Source: Candidatus Helarchaeota ASGARD archaeon Hel_GB_B
GTDB lineage: Archaea; Asgardarchaeota; Lokiarchaeia; Helarchaeales; HEL-GB-B
Reading direction: 5' to 3'
NCBI GenBank assembly: GCA_005191425.1
Contig: SUPR01000005.1
Location: 344-64,343, forward strand
DNA length: 64,000 bases
Made by a program: the position numbers and the translations under genes. The first letter of the stretch is position 1; each line of letters starts with the position of its first letter. Shown in pieces: positions 47,973 to 57,596 of the stretch. The notes under the pieces were generated by a model that saw only the letters and a list, made by a program, of their open reading frames with translations, did no database searches and was not told where the DNA came from.

Positions 47973-49460
47973 TTAATCATATTTTGTTTTTATATATGAA
48001 TATATCTCATCCTTTTTAATTCTAATTTGTTCTGTAGAATCTCTATCCCTTAAAGTTACTGTATTATCCTCAATTGATTGATAATCTATTGTAACTGCAA
48101 AAGGTGTTCCTAACTCATCATGTCTTCTGTATCGTCTACCGATCGCCCCAGAATCATCATAATTAGAATATATTCCTTTTTTAAGGAGGTCATTATAAAT
48201 TTCTTTTGCCATTTGTATCTGAGATTTGTCTTTTTTAATCAAAGGAAAAACTGCAACCCTAATTGGTGCTATTTGATTGGGAAGCTTTAAGAGAATACGA
48301 TTATGCTTGTCATCTATAGTAATTGACTGGTCAATGATTGCATATACCGATCGTTCGATTCCAAATGCAATCTCCAAAATTTCTGGAATTATATTCTGTT
48401 GGCCTACTTTAACGGACAAATCTTCTTTTGAGAATTGTTGGTGCCTTTTTAAATCATAATTTGTTCGGTCATGCACACCACAAATTTCTATCCATCCATA
48501 TTGTTTTGTTTTAATTTCAAGATCCCATGCATCATCTGCATAATGGGCTTTCTCTTCGTCAGAATGTTGTCTGAACCTAATATTTTCATCAAGAAAACCG
48601 AATTCCTTACAAATTTTATATGCAAGTCCTAAACAATAAGCATATGCTGGCTTTTTTAAATATTTTTCATTAATTGCACCTTCTAAATTAATCCAAATGG
48701 GCTTGAAATTCTTTTGTTTCTGAAATTTCCAAGGTAATAGCGGTATATTTAGATTTTTTACTGTGTTAAATCGTTCGAAGTCATATTCTTGCTGTTTTGT
48801 TAAAAATATTTGGCACTCCAATTGATTAAATTCCCTTAATCTAATAAGCCCTTGCCTAGGTGATATCTCATTTCTATAAGCTTTACCTAGTTGGAATATC
48901 TCTATTGGAAGTTTCTGCCTAGAATCTCTATAAAGCCGTTTAAACGGAAGATATGTTGTAGTCGCAGTTTCCGGTCTTAAGTATGCCTCCTTATTCCCGG
49001 CTATCATGATTTTTAACATTAAATTATATGGTTCAACATGACCAAGTTTTCCACCACAATTCGGGCACTTCAAATTATTTTTAAGCAAAATCTGTTCAAG
49101 CGAACTAAAAGAAAGTCCATCAGGACTTTCGTTGGGTAATAATTCTTTAATTAATTTATCCACCCTAAATAATGAGCCACATTTAATACAAGTAGTAACT
49201 GGGTCTATAAAACGTTCTAAATGTCCTGATGCTTCCCAAACTATTCTTGGCATTATATTTGGGCATTCAATTTCTATAAAATTCTCAAATAATAATATTC
49301 TTCTGAATATTTTTATTATATTATTTTTTAATAATGTCCCTGAAGGCCCATATTCATAAAATCCAGCTAGACCTCCATATATCTCTGGTGAAGGTCCCCA
49401 TATAAATCCACGCCGGGTTAATAATGAGTTCAATGCATTTATTTCGTTGTTCATTTGCAT
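47973..49460 (-). CDS. glyS: Glycine--tRNA ligase (archaeal/eukaryotic dimeric type)
   Basis: 495 aa. RRGFIWGPSPEIYGG..GFYEYGPSG N-terminal class-II motif 1 region. Motif 2 FRNEISPRQGLIRLREF. C-terminal anticodon-binding domain. Confidence 0.85.
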   Translation of the reverse strand: MQMNNEINALNSLLTRRGFIWGPSPEIYGGLAGFYEYGPSGTLLKNNIIKIFRRILLFENFIEIECPNIMPRIVWEASGHLERFIDPVTTCIKCGSLFRVDKLIKELLPNESPDGLSFSSLEQILLKNNLKCPNCGGKLGHVEPYNLMLKIMIAGNKEAYLRPETATTTYLPFKRLYRDSRQKLPIEIFQLGKAYRNEISPRQGLIRLREFNQLECQIFLTKQQEYDFERFNTVKNLNIPLLPWKFQKQKNFKPIWINLEGAINEKYLKKPAYAYCLGLAYKICKEFGFLDENIRFRQHSDEEKAHYADDAWDLEIKTKQYGWIEICGVHDRTNYDLKRHQQFSKEDLSVKVGQQNIIPEILEIAFGIERSVYAIIDQSITIDDKHNRILLKLPNQIAPIRVAVFPLIKKDKSQIQMAKEIYNDLLKKGIYSNYDDSGAIGRRYRRHDELGTPFAVTIDYQSIEDNTVTLRDRDSTEQIRIKKDEIYSYIKTKYD

Positions 49461-49667
49461 ACAAATCTTCTCTCAATTTATATTTTTATAGTAATGAATA
49501 AATAGATATTCATTTTAAAAATATCTTTTTAAATAGATGAAAATTTAGTATATTCAAAAAATATCAGTCTTGATAAAATCTCAAATAATATAATAAAATC
49601 TCTTATTTATTATAACCAAAATTAAACATTTTTTTTAAAATCACATAAAATTGGAAAAACTAAAATA

Positions 49668-50759
49668 TTAAAAATAAAAATCATCAATTTCAACTTTATA
49701 ATTATTTTTATTAGAAAAATTGACTATTGCTTGGCCCATTATTAAATTTGAGAGCAATTCATTATCTTTATTACAAAATTTTTCCTTAATCGTATTAATA
49801 TCATTATCTGAAGAGATATGAAGAAATATATAATTGGTAAAAATCGCAAATCGGTTCCTTTTTTTATCCAATGGTGTGGTCAATGAAGCTAATATTCCTT
49901 CATTTACATTATATCTTGAATTCAATAGCAATAGTGAATAACTTATTTCATCAATGGGATCAATAACCATTAAATGCGGTTTTGGGTCTGGATTATCTAT
50001 CTTATATATTAACTGAATAAAATAGAACAAATTTACTATAAACCGCTTACCCGTTTTATTTATACCTTTAAATTTAATAACAATTGGGAAATTTTGAAGA
50101 TTTTTAATGTTTAAATTAGTAGATTCTACGTCTAAAATTTCTTTGATTGGCCCGTGAATTAGTCCTGTTATAATTGATTTTAAATGAGATATTGCTTTTT
50201 TAAAAACATCGTCCGAAAAAATGGACACGACCTCATCTCCCAATTCAAACAGTAATAATAAATCTGATAAAGTAGGATTCTCAAAATTGTCATTTAAATA
50301 TTTTATAAATTCTTTTAAAATAAAGGACTCCTCTATATTTAAATTAAAGGTGTCTCTAAAAATATCTATCAATATTTCTAAATATTCATCGTTTTCTCTA
50401 ATTAATTCTAAAGGATTAATTGAAAAATTTTCGTTTCCAAATTCAATAGACCAAATTTCGCGTTCTAACCATTTTGAGTCCAATAATTTGTCATACTCAT
50501 TATTTATATCAAATATGATCGGGTTTAAATTTGTATTTTCAATTATTTGTAATAATAAACGCTTTATAATTGAAGATTTTCCAGAAAATACATCCCCACA
50601 AATTAAAATATTGTTTAATATATATTTAATTGGAATTTTAAATTCCATAATTTTATTATTGACCATTATATTCCCTAATACAGGGTCATTATTACATAAA
50701 TCAGTTAAATTAATTCCATAGAATTCATCCTTAATCTTATTTTCATATTCTTGAGCCAT
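49668..50759 (-). CDS. P-loop NTPase of unknown function
   Basis: 363 aa. Walker A ILICGDVFSGKSS. Candidate Walker B HLMVIDPIDE. Not embedded in an operon. Confidence 0.45.
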   Translation of the reverse strand: MAQEYENKIKDEFYGINLTDLCNNDPVLGNIMVNNKIMEFKIPIKYILNNILICGDVFSGKSSIIKRLLLQIIENTNLNPIIFDINNEYDKLLDSKWLEREIWSIEFGNENFSINPLELIRENDEYLEILIDIFRDTFNLNIEESFILKEFIKYLNDNFENPTLSDLLLLFELGDEVVSIFSDDVFKKAISHLKSIITGLIHGPIKEILDVESTNLNIKNLQNFPIVIKFKGINKTGKRFIVNLFYFIQLIYKIDNPDPKPHLMVIDPIDEISYSLLLLNSRYNVNEGILASLTTPLDKKRNRFAIFTNYIFLHISSDNDINTIKEKFCNKDNELLSNLIMGQAIVNFSNKNNYKVEIDDFYF

Positions 50760-51360
50760 ATTGTATCCAATCCTATGTTATTTGTTTAGTCTGATTATTA
50801 ATTATCAGGTATTTAATTTTTAATCATATTCACTATTCTTCCTAAAAGAATCATCCCTAGAGAGGTCACCGAAAGTAAAAACACACAAAATAAGTCGTAA
50901 TAAAAATGACCTTATAAATAAATCAATGCTTTAAATATTATTTTCTAGCTGATTATGGATAGAATTTAATAATTTGCATAATAAAAATAGAGACTGAAGA
51001 AATTTGATATAATTCTTTATTGTTTGAAAATTGATTATTATTGTATTCAATCAATATAGAATAACCTAATTATGAACAAATCTGACTACATATTACTCAT
51101 CATTAACAGTAAGTTTTAGGTTATAACCTATCTTATTTTCAGTTCGAAAATAATATTTTCCTGTAATTAAGGAGATAATACCAAATCTTGAATTATATTA
51201 GTGGGAAATCGAAATGTAAATACAAAAACCAAAAATTATGTTTAATTAAGTTTCCAATTCTCTGCTTAAACTTACAAAAATAGGCCCCTTATTTATTTTT
51301 AATACAATATTTTTTAAAAAAGAAATAGGCAAAATTTTTATATCACGGTGTTATAACGTT

Positions 51361-51418
51361 AAATGATGAAGTAGTATTAATAAGAGATATTTTAAAATTA
51401 ATTATACGAACTGAAAAT
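51361..51418 (+). ncRNA. Weak candidate C/D-box sRNA
   Basis: ATGATGA (C box) at 51363-51369 and CTGA (D box) at 51411-51414, ~50 nt apart in an intergenic region, flanked by palindromic TTAA. Internal C'/D' boxes are poor. Confidence 0.15.
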
Positions 51419-51526
51419 TAAAATGAAATTAAAAACAAAAAATAAAAATAAAAATCAAACATTAAGAAAGTTTTTAATTACAAAAATTGGTTTAAAATAT
51501 CTTTTAAAAAATAAAGAGGTGATATA

Positions 51527-51802
51527 ATGAACTGGGAAAGCAAAGTGTCATCTAAAAGTTTTAGAACAATCTACAATCTTCCACCCTCTGCAAAATTTAT
51601 TCTCTATGTTCTAAATAAAAAGGGTGCAACAAGCCGTAAGGATATAATCGATGAAACACTTTTATCAAGTAGAACAGTTGGTCATGCATTAAAATTGTTG
51701 TTAGAATCAAAATTAATAGAAAAAGTTAAACCCTCTAGAGATAAACCAAAATCAAGGATTGATAATAGAATTGTTAAATATCGATTAACTAAAAATAATT
51801 AA
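51527..51802 (+). CDS. Small winged-helix DNA-binding protein
   Basis: 91 aa. FILYVLNKKGATSRKDIIDETLLSSRTVGHALKLLLESKLIEKV is a typical MarR/ArsR-like HTH plus wing. AGAGGTGAT Shine-Dalgarno upstream. Confidence 0.45.
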   Translation: MNWESKVSSKSFRTIYNLPPSAKFILYVLNKKGATSRKDIIDETLLSSRTVGHALKLLLESKLIEKVKPSRDKPKSRIDNRIVKYRLTKNN

Positions 51803-52025
51803 ATATTTCTTTCTAATATATTTCTTTTTTATTTGAAATATAAAAATTTAATTTCAATTTTTAATTAAATAATATTAAATTTTATGATTCTTAGATGGTT
51901 GTTAAATAATTATCTGATAATATCATAAATAACGAATTTATCAATAAATTTCTATCATATTTTACAAATTTTTTCTAATATTTTTAATTAACTAAAAATA
52001 ATGATTAATTTTAGTTTTAATTTAT

Positions 52026-53288
52026 TTATATTGATCTGGGGTCTGTTATTTCTCCTTTTATTGAACTTGCTGCAACTGTTGCTGAATTTGCTAAATATAT
52101 CTTAGCCTTTTTGCTACCTTGTCTTCCAATGAAATTTCTATTTGAGGAAGATAACGAAACTTCTCCTGGAGCTAGAACTCCGTATGCTCCGATACAAGGG
52201 CCACAACTGGGATAGTTCAAAAAAGCCCCTGCTTCAATTAAAATTTTAATTATTCCTTGGTCTAAGGCTTTTAAATAAATTTCTTGGGATGCTGGGACTA
52301 TAATTAGTCTAGTATCTGGGTGGATTCTTTTATTTTTAAGTATTTTAGCAGCAATTTCCAAATCTTCAAAACGTCCATTTGTACAGCTGCCGATAAATGC
52401 TTGATCGATTTTTATTCCTTCTACTTCATTTACTGACACTGAATTTTCGGGACTATGTGGTTTTGCAACTTGTGGGTCGAGGTCTGATAAATCATAATCA
52501 AATTTCTTTTCATATATGGCATTTTCATCACTTTTTATGATTTTAAAGGGTTTCTTGACGCGGTTTTTTAGCCAATTCAATGTTTTATTATCAGGTTCCA
52601 TTATTCCCGCTTTAGCACCCATTTCAATTGCCATATTACTAATAGTCATCCTACTATCTATACTTAAGTTGGAGATTACACTTCCTTTAAATTCTACAGA
52701 TTTATAATTAGCCCCTTCAACTCCTATTTCACTTATCAATTTTAATATAACATCTTTTCCATAGACCATTGGTTTTAACTTACCAGTTAGGTTAAAAAGA
52801 ATTGTTTCAGGGACTTTAAACCATAATTCCCCAGTAGCAAGTAAAATTGCAGCATCTGTAGAGCCAACTCCTGTAGAAAACGCACCAAAAGCGCCATAAG
52901 TGCATGTATGACTGTCTGTCCCTACAATAAGTGCCCCTGGCCACGCAAAACCCTTCTCCGGAATAACTTGGTGACAAATTCCCTGGTTCCATCCTAACCA
53001 ATTTTTAATGCCGTGTTTTTTTACAAACTCTCGCTCATTCTTATCAATTATTGCAGTATCTATATTTGCAGGAGGTATCCAATGGTCCAAAAGTGCAACT
53101 ATTTTGTCTGAATTTTTTATTTCGTTGACCTCTATTTCATTAAAAATATCTATTACTCTCATACCTAACATTTCATGCATCATAATTATATCTACATTTG
53201 CATTGATAATTTCGCCAGGTTCAACTTTTTCTTTATTAGAATGGGAAGCTAAAATTTTCTCGGATATAGTTGACATTTTTTCACCCAT
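52026..53288 (-). CDS. leuC: Aconitase-family dehydratase large subunit (3-isopropylmalate dehydratase / homoaconitase LeuC-like)
   Basis: 420 aa. GICHQV, GTDSHT, GSCTNGR and CGPCIG Fe-S/substrate motifs. Specific substrate not assignable. Confidence 0.85.
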   Translation of the reverse strand: MGEKMSTISEKILASHSNKEKVEPGEIINANVDIIMMHEMLGMRVIDIFNEIEVNEIKNSDKIVALLDHWIPPANIDTAIIDKNEREFVKKHGIKNWLGWNQGICHQVIPEKGFAWPGALIVGTDSHTCTYGAFGAFSTGVGSTDAAILLATGELWFKVPETILFNLTGKLKPMVYGKDVILKLISEIGVEGANYKSVEFKGSVISNLSIDSRMTISNMAIEMGAKAGIMEPDNKTLNWLKNRVKKPFKIIKSDENAIYEKKFDYDLSDLDPQVAKPHSPENSVSVNEVEGIKIDQAFIGSCTNGRFEDLEIAAKILKNKRIHPDTRLIIVPASQEIYLKALDQGIIKILIEAGAFLNYPSCGPCIGAYGVLAPGEVSLSSSNRNFIGRQGSKKAKIYLANSATVAASSIKGEITDPRSI

Positions 53289-53798
53289 TTATTTTTTTAA
53301 TCTTTTTTTAATTGCAGGTATCGCTCCACCTGCTTGAATTAAATCTAATAAAAATTGCGGTAATTTTGTTCCAACAAAAGTTTGTTCGGTATTTATATTC
53401 TTTACAGTTCCGGAAATAAAATCAACTTCAGCAAATTGACCAGTTTTAAAATTGTTAGAGATATCTTTTATTTCAAGTAATGGAATACCTAAATTTATAG
53501 CATTTCTAAAAAATATCCTAGCAAAAGATTCAGCTATAATTGCTCCAATACCTAATGTCTTTAGAACTGAAGGCGCTTCTTCTCTACTTGAACCACACCC
53601 AAAATTCTTACCTGCAATTATAATATCTCCTTTTCTAAACTTTTTAGCAAAATCTTCATTAATTGGTTCAAATGTATGTGATGCCATAGAAACTGGGGCT
53701 CTAATTGTAAGATATCTTCCCGGAATAATAATGTCTGTATCTATATTATTTCCAAATACCCAGACTTTACCTTTTATTGAATTTTTTACTTCTGACAT
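53289..53798 (-). CDS. leuD: Aconitase-family dehydratase small subunit (LeuD-like)
   Basis: Start placed at the internal Met (MSEVKNSIKGKVWVFGNNIDTDIIIPGRYL), giving ~169 aa. The ORF-track start at 53894 adds 33 unlikely residues. GCGSSREEAP motif. Adjacent to the large subunit with a 1-nt gap. Confidence 0.8.
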   Translation of the reverse strand: MSEVKNSIKGKVWVFGNNIDTDIIIPGRYLTIRAPVSMASHTFEPINEDFAKKFRKGDIIIAGKNFGCGSSREEAPSVLKTLGIGAIIAESFARIFFRNAINLGIPLLEIKDISNNFKTGQFAEVDFISGTVKNINTEQTFVGTKLPQFLLDLIQAGGAIPAIKKRLKK

Positions 53799-54390
53799 AT
53801 ATATCAAACCTATTGATAAATGATGTAAATCACTCTCTAATTTACTACTTTTTAAATCCTTTCTTATCATAAATAAGTTTCCAATATATTTCATTTTAAT
53901 AATTAATTTATGATTATTTCTTGAAATAATAATTAAAATAAATTAAATTAACTTTATTTTTAATTGAATTTTTTTTAAATTGAACAAAATAAAAACTGAT
54001 TATTCTACTGAGAAATAATTTATAAATTTAAAATAATTGATCATTATAAATTATAATTAATTACTTCATTTACTGCCATTTGAGAAAAAATATTTTAAAA
54101 TTAAAGGAGTTTGGTCATTTATTAAAGGCTGAAAATATTTAAAAAGCGTCATTTAAGAATTTATTAACTCTATAAAATATTACAAATAAATGTATAATTA
54201 AACTTTTCGAGAAAGAAAATTTTTATATTTTTACATTTAAGTCGGAAAAGAGTTAAACTAAATATATATAGAAATGACTCAATATGATAAATCATATTTG
54301 GAGATGCAATTTCTAGCGAGAAATTTTTATATTCTTTATGTCCATATATTTTATAATTATTATTTAATTAGTAAATAAAATTCGAGGGTT

Positions 54391-54630
54391 TTGTTAGTGT
54401 CTAAAAAATCTAAAGAAGAAGTTAAGGTAATAACAAAAACTGCGCTTAGAAGGTTAATGAAAAATGAAGCATTGGCTGATATAGTTTCAGCAGATGCTGT
54501 TCTTAGACTATTAGACCATCTACAGGATCTAGCCATTGATACAACCAAAAAAGCTATAAAAATTGCTGAAAATGCAAAGAGAAAAACTGTTACTAAAGAT
54601 GATATTAAATTAGCTATTAGAACTCCATAA
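54391..54630 (+). CDS. Archaeal histone (HMf family) with ~10-residue Lys-rich N-terminal tail; non-ATG start
   Basis: Histone fold ITKTALRRLMKNEALADIVSADAVLRLLDHLQDLAIDTTKKAIKIAENAKRKTVTKDDIKLAIRT matches IxxxxxxRLxKNxGAxRVSxDAxxxL...HAGRKTVxxxDIxLAxR. Only TTG (54391) or GTG (54397) starts are available. GAGGG Shine-Dalgarno at 54384. Confidence 0.8.
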   Translation: MLVSKKSKEEVKVITKTALRRLMKNEALADIVSADAVLRLLDHLQDLAIDTTKKAIKIAENAKRKTVTKDDIKLAIRTP

Positions 54631-54742
54631 TAAAATTATTTCCCTCTCTTTTTTTTGTATTGAAAACTTTAAATCTTATTATTATTATTATAAATAAGAA
54701 TTTTAAAAGTATTTCACCATCCAAATAAAATAATAATTTACT

Positions 54743-55405
54743 TTGAACCAATTAAATAGCTTGATTAAAATGCTTGATGAAAATTCATTGGTAAAAAAAA
54801 TCAAAACTTTATTAAAAAACAGTAAAATCAAAAAAATTGTCAACTCTAAAATACAAGAGTTTAAAGAACTTGGAAAATCATCAAATGAAGCCATTTTTAA
54901 TGAATTATGTTTTTGTATATTGACAGCAAATTATAACGCTGAAAAAGCAATAAAAATACAACAGGAAATTGGAAATGGATTTTTTAGTGATAAAGATATT
55001 ATCACCAAATTGAGATCGTTAGGATATAGATATCCTAATTTAAGAGGAAAATATATTATTGAAGCTAGAAAAATTATAGACAAATTAAATGATATAATAA
55101 ATTCTTTAAAGGGCCAAGAATTAAGAAATTGGTTTGTACAAAATATTAAGGGACTTGGTTATAAGGAGGCGAGCCATTTCCTACGAAATATAGGTTTTAC
55201 TGATTTTGCTATCATAGATTTTCATATTATTGATATACTTGTTAAAAATAAGTTAATAGAGAAACCGACTTCAAAAAGTCTAAGCAAAAGAAAATACTTG
55301 GAAATTGAGAGTGTTTTAAAAAATTTAGCTGATCAATTAGGTATTACTTTAGCAGAATTAGACCTTTATCTTTGGTATTTAGAAACCAATAAAATTTTAA
55401 AATAA
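54743..55405 (+). CDS. ogg: Archaeal 8-oxoguanine DNA glycosylase / AP lyase (Ogg2-type HhH-GPD)
   Basis: 220 aa. HhH motif with catalytic Lys (IKGLGYKEASHFLRNIGF) followed by the Asp-containing FAIIDFHI. Length typical of Ogg2. Confidence 0.7.
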   Translation: MNQLNSLIKMLDENSLVKKIKTLLKNSKIKKIVNSKIQEFKELGKSSNEAIFNELCFCILTANYNAEKAIKIQQEIGNGFFSDKDIITKLRSLGYRYPNLRGKYIIEARKIIDKLNDIINSLKGQELRNWFVQNIKGLGYKEASHFLRNIGFTDFAIIDFHIIDILVKNKLIEKPTSKSLSKRKYLEIESVLKNLADQLGITLAELDLYLWYLETNKILK

Positions 55406-55501
55406 TTGAAAGAAAATTTATTTTTTTTATTCGGATATCGATTGCGATTGCAATTCGATATTAATCTATTATTTCATTTTTATATAATTGATTTTTCCGA
55501 A

Positions 55502-55867
55502 TTATATAGAGCAAATATCTTTTCCTGACAATTTAATGATCGGTGCTTCTACCATTACCAATTTTTTATAGACATACCAATCACTGACTCCAATTAAAAT
55601 TTCGTCGTCATTAATCAATTTTTCTGCTGATTTATTTATATAAATCGAACATCCATTAAATTTTGATATTTCTCGAAACTCTTTATCTTTTGTTATTTTT
55701 TATTGTTCAGCAATTGATATTCCTATTGTTAGGTAGGTTATACTTCAAATCTTTATAAAATCGCCATAAATTCCAATTGCGTATGGGCATTTTATATTTT
55801 CTTCTTGAAACTCCTTAATTTTTTGTGAAACATAATTTTCAGCATTTGTAGTGAATTTTATATTCAT
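55502..55867 (-). pseudogene. Degraded small gene: coding-like reading frames in two frames of the minus strand
   Basis: MNIKFTTNAENYVSQKIKEFQEENIKCPYAIGIYGDFIKI* is followed, after a frame shift, by ...KITKDKEFREISKFNGCSIYINKSAEKLINDDEILIGVSDWYVYKKLVMVEAPIIKLSGKDICSI*. Neither piece alone is long enough for the ORF track. Confidence 0.3.
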
Positions 55868-55960
55868 AAGATATTTTTTTAAAATCAGTTTGAAAGTTTT
55901 TAAGAAATAATTTCAAAATAGATATAAAACAGTAAAAAATACAAAAAAGGAGATTATTAA

Positions 55961-56524
55961 TTGGAAATTGATAAGAAAATTGTTAAAGGAATAACATTAC
56001 CTTTTAGAATGTTTAATAAGAATTCTCTAAAATTAGATGAATATGTATATGCATTAAGTTTAAAAGTTTTTGACAAATGTAATATAGACACTGCAAGAAA
56101 AATTACTAATTATTCAATACAGAAGAATTGGTTGAAAAAAGAAAACAATTCAATTATTTTAAATGTCCCAATAAATCCAATAAATGAACTAATATTTAAT
56201 TTACCGATAAATTTGGATTTTTTTAAGGATATAGAAATGATAGAATTAATCCCATTACCCCAGATTGAACCTTTTAAACCTGTTTACAAAAAAATAAAAA
56301 ATGGTGCATTTCAAAAGGATACGACAAAAAAAGAGAAACAGAAAAAAGATATTAAAAAAGAAGAGAAAATAAAGAAAGTAGTAGATGTGAAAAAGAAAAC
56401 TCCTAAAAGTACTAAGAAAAAATCCGAGCCAGAACAAAAATCCAAGAAATCTCCTAAAAAAACGACAAAAAAACAATTAAAGCAAAAGGATAAACCAAAA
56501 ACATTAGATTCCTTTTTCAAATAA
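55961..56524 (+). CDS. Hypothetical protein with ~80-residue poly-lysine C-terminal tail
   Basis: A ~110-aa N-terminal globular part is followed by KKEKQKKDIKKEEKIKKVVDVKKKTPKSTKKKSEPEQKSKKSPKKTTKKQLKQKDKPK. GGAG Shine-Dalgarno upstream. Confidence 0.45.
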   Translation: MEIDKKIVKGITLPFRMFNKNSLKLDEYVYALSLKVFDKCNIDTARKITNYSIQKNWLKKENNSIILNVPINPINELIFNLPINLDFFKDIEMIELIPLPQIEPFKPVYKKIKNGAFQKDTTKKEKQKKDIKKEEKIKKVVDVKKKTPKSTKKKSEPEQKSKKSPKKTTKKQLKQKDKPKTLDSFFK

Positions 56525-56532
56525 ATTAAATT

Positions 56533-57519
56533 TCAATCAGCTACTTCTACTTTCTGACACACCAGTTCAGCTGCCTTTACATCAAAATAAAATCGAAGTT
56601 GTTTATTGATATGACCAATACAAAATGCAATAAGTTCGGGTCTATTACATGTAAACCTAACTTCTTGTCCATCTTCTGTTCTGAAAGTAATATCATTTTT
56701 TAATATTTTTTTAATCCAGCCTTCTACGGTGATAGATTTTCCTTCGATCTCTTTTTTTTCGATTTCCTTTTTCTTAATTTTTTTCTCATCTTTTTTTAAT
56801 TCAGGTGATTGAGAAATTGTCCTATCTTCTTTAATTAATTCTAAAACTTCTGATAAATCTATGTATGTCTTTCCTTTATTACTTGGTTTGCGTGTTTCTT
56901 CCTGCTCTACCGTTTCACTGGTCAAGGTCTTGGGAATTTTTTCCATTAATTGGTTAAAATCATCAATTCGGTCAAGTTGAGTACTTATAATTGTCTTTAT
57001 TTCATTTGGTACCTTCCAAATAATCTGATTACCAATAATCTCTGAAGTAATTAATTGATAATTGTTTTGTAATTCCCCTAATAATTGTGTATAATCAATA
57101 TTTGAGATTGAAACTTGTGAACAATATTTTTTTAATGTATCAAGGTCAATCTTATCTACTGAAGTTAATATTTTTAAAATAGTCCATGCATCTTCTTTAT
57201 ATATGCGTAAAACTCTGTCTAAATCAGCTAAAACTCGATCAGAAGAATCTTGCTGTATGTAGAGATGATTATTCTTAAATGTATAATATTGTCCTTTAAA
57301 CGGGAAAACAACAGGTAATCCATTTAAAATCTTTGAAAGTTCACTATCAGTTAATAAATATGCCGCTTCTTGGAATGTATTGACTTTTTTCAAGTCATTT
57401 TCTTCCATTCTTTGGTTCATAAATTTTATAGATGCATCTTCACCAAGGCTATCATAGTAAAAACAATGTTTTAGTAGAAGAATCCTTTCATGAATCCGTT
57501 CATCATCATTCAATGCCAT
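56533..57519 (-). CDS. Hypothetical protein
   Basis: 328 aa. Non-repetitive and well-formed, with a central E/K-rich linker (KKDEKKIKKKEIEKKEIEGK). No motif recognised. Confidence 0.45.
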   Translation of the reverse strand: MALNDDERIHERILLLKHCFYYDSLGEDASIKFMNQRMEENDLKKVNTFQEAAYLLTDSELSKILNGLPVVFPFKGQYYTFKNNHLYIQQDSSDRVLADLDRVLRIYKEDAWTILKILTSVDKIDLDTLKKYCSQVSISNIDYTQLLGELQNNYQLITSEIIGNQIIWKVPNEIKTIISTQLDRIDDFNQLMEKIPKTLTSETVEQEETRKPSNKGKTYIDLSEVLELIKEDRTISQSPELKKDEKKIKKKEIEKKEIEGKSITVEGWIKKILKNDITFRTEDGQEVRFTCNRPELIAFCIGHINKQLRFYFDVKAAELVCQKVEVAD

Positions 57520-57596
57520 AAAATGGTCACACTAAAATACTATTATATCAGTTCTATTAAAATTATTTTACAGAAAAACTTTTTGTTTTTTAAAGA

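Noticed and set aside
56255-56520. Two minus-strand ORFs (73 and 69 aa) rich in F/L
   Set aside because: They are the reverse complement of the AAG/AAA-rich poly-lysine tail of 55961..56524 and are an antisense artefact.
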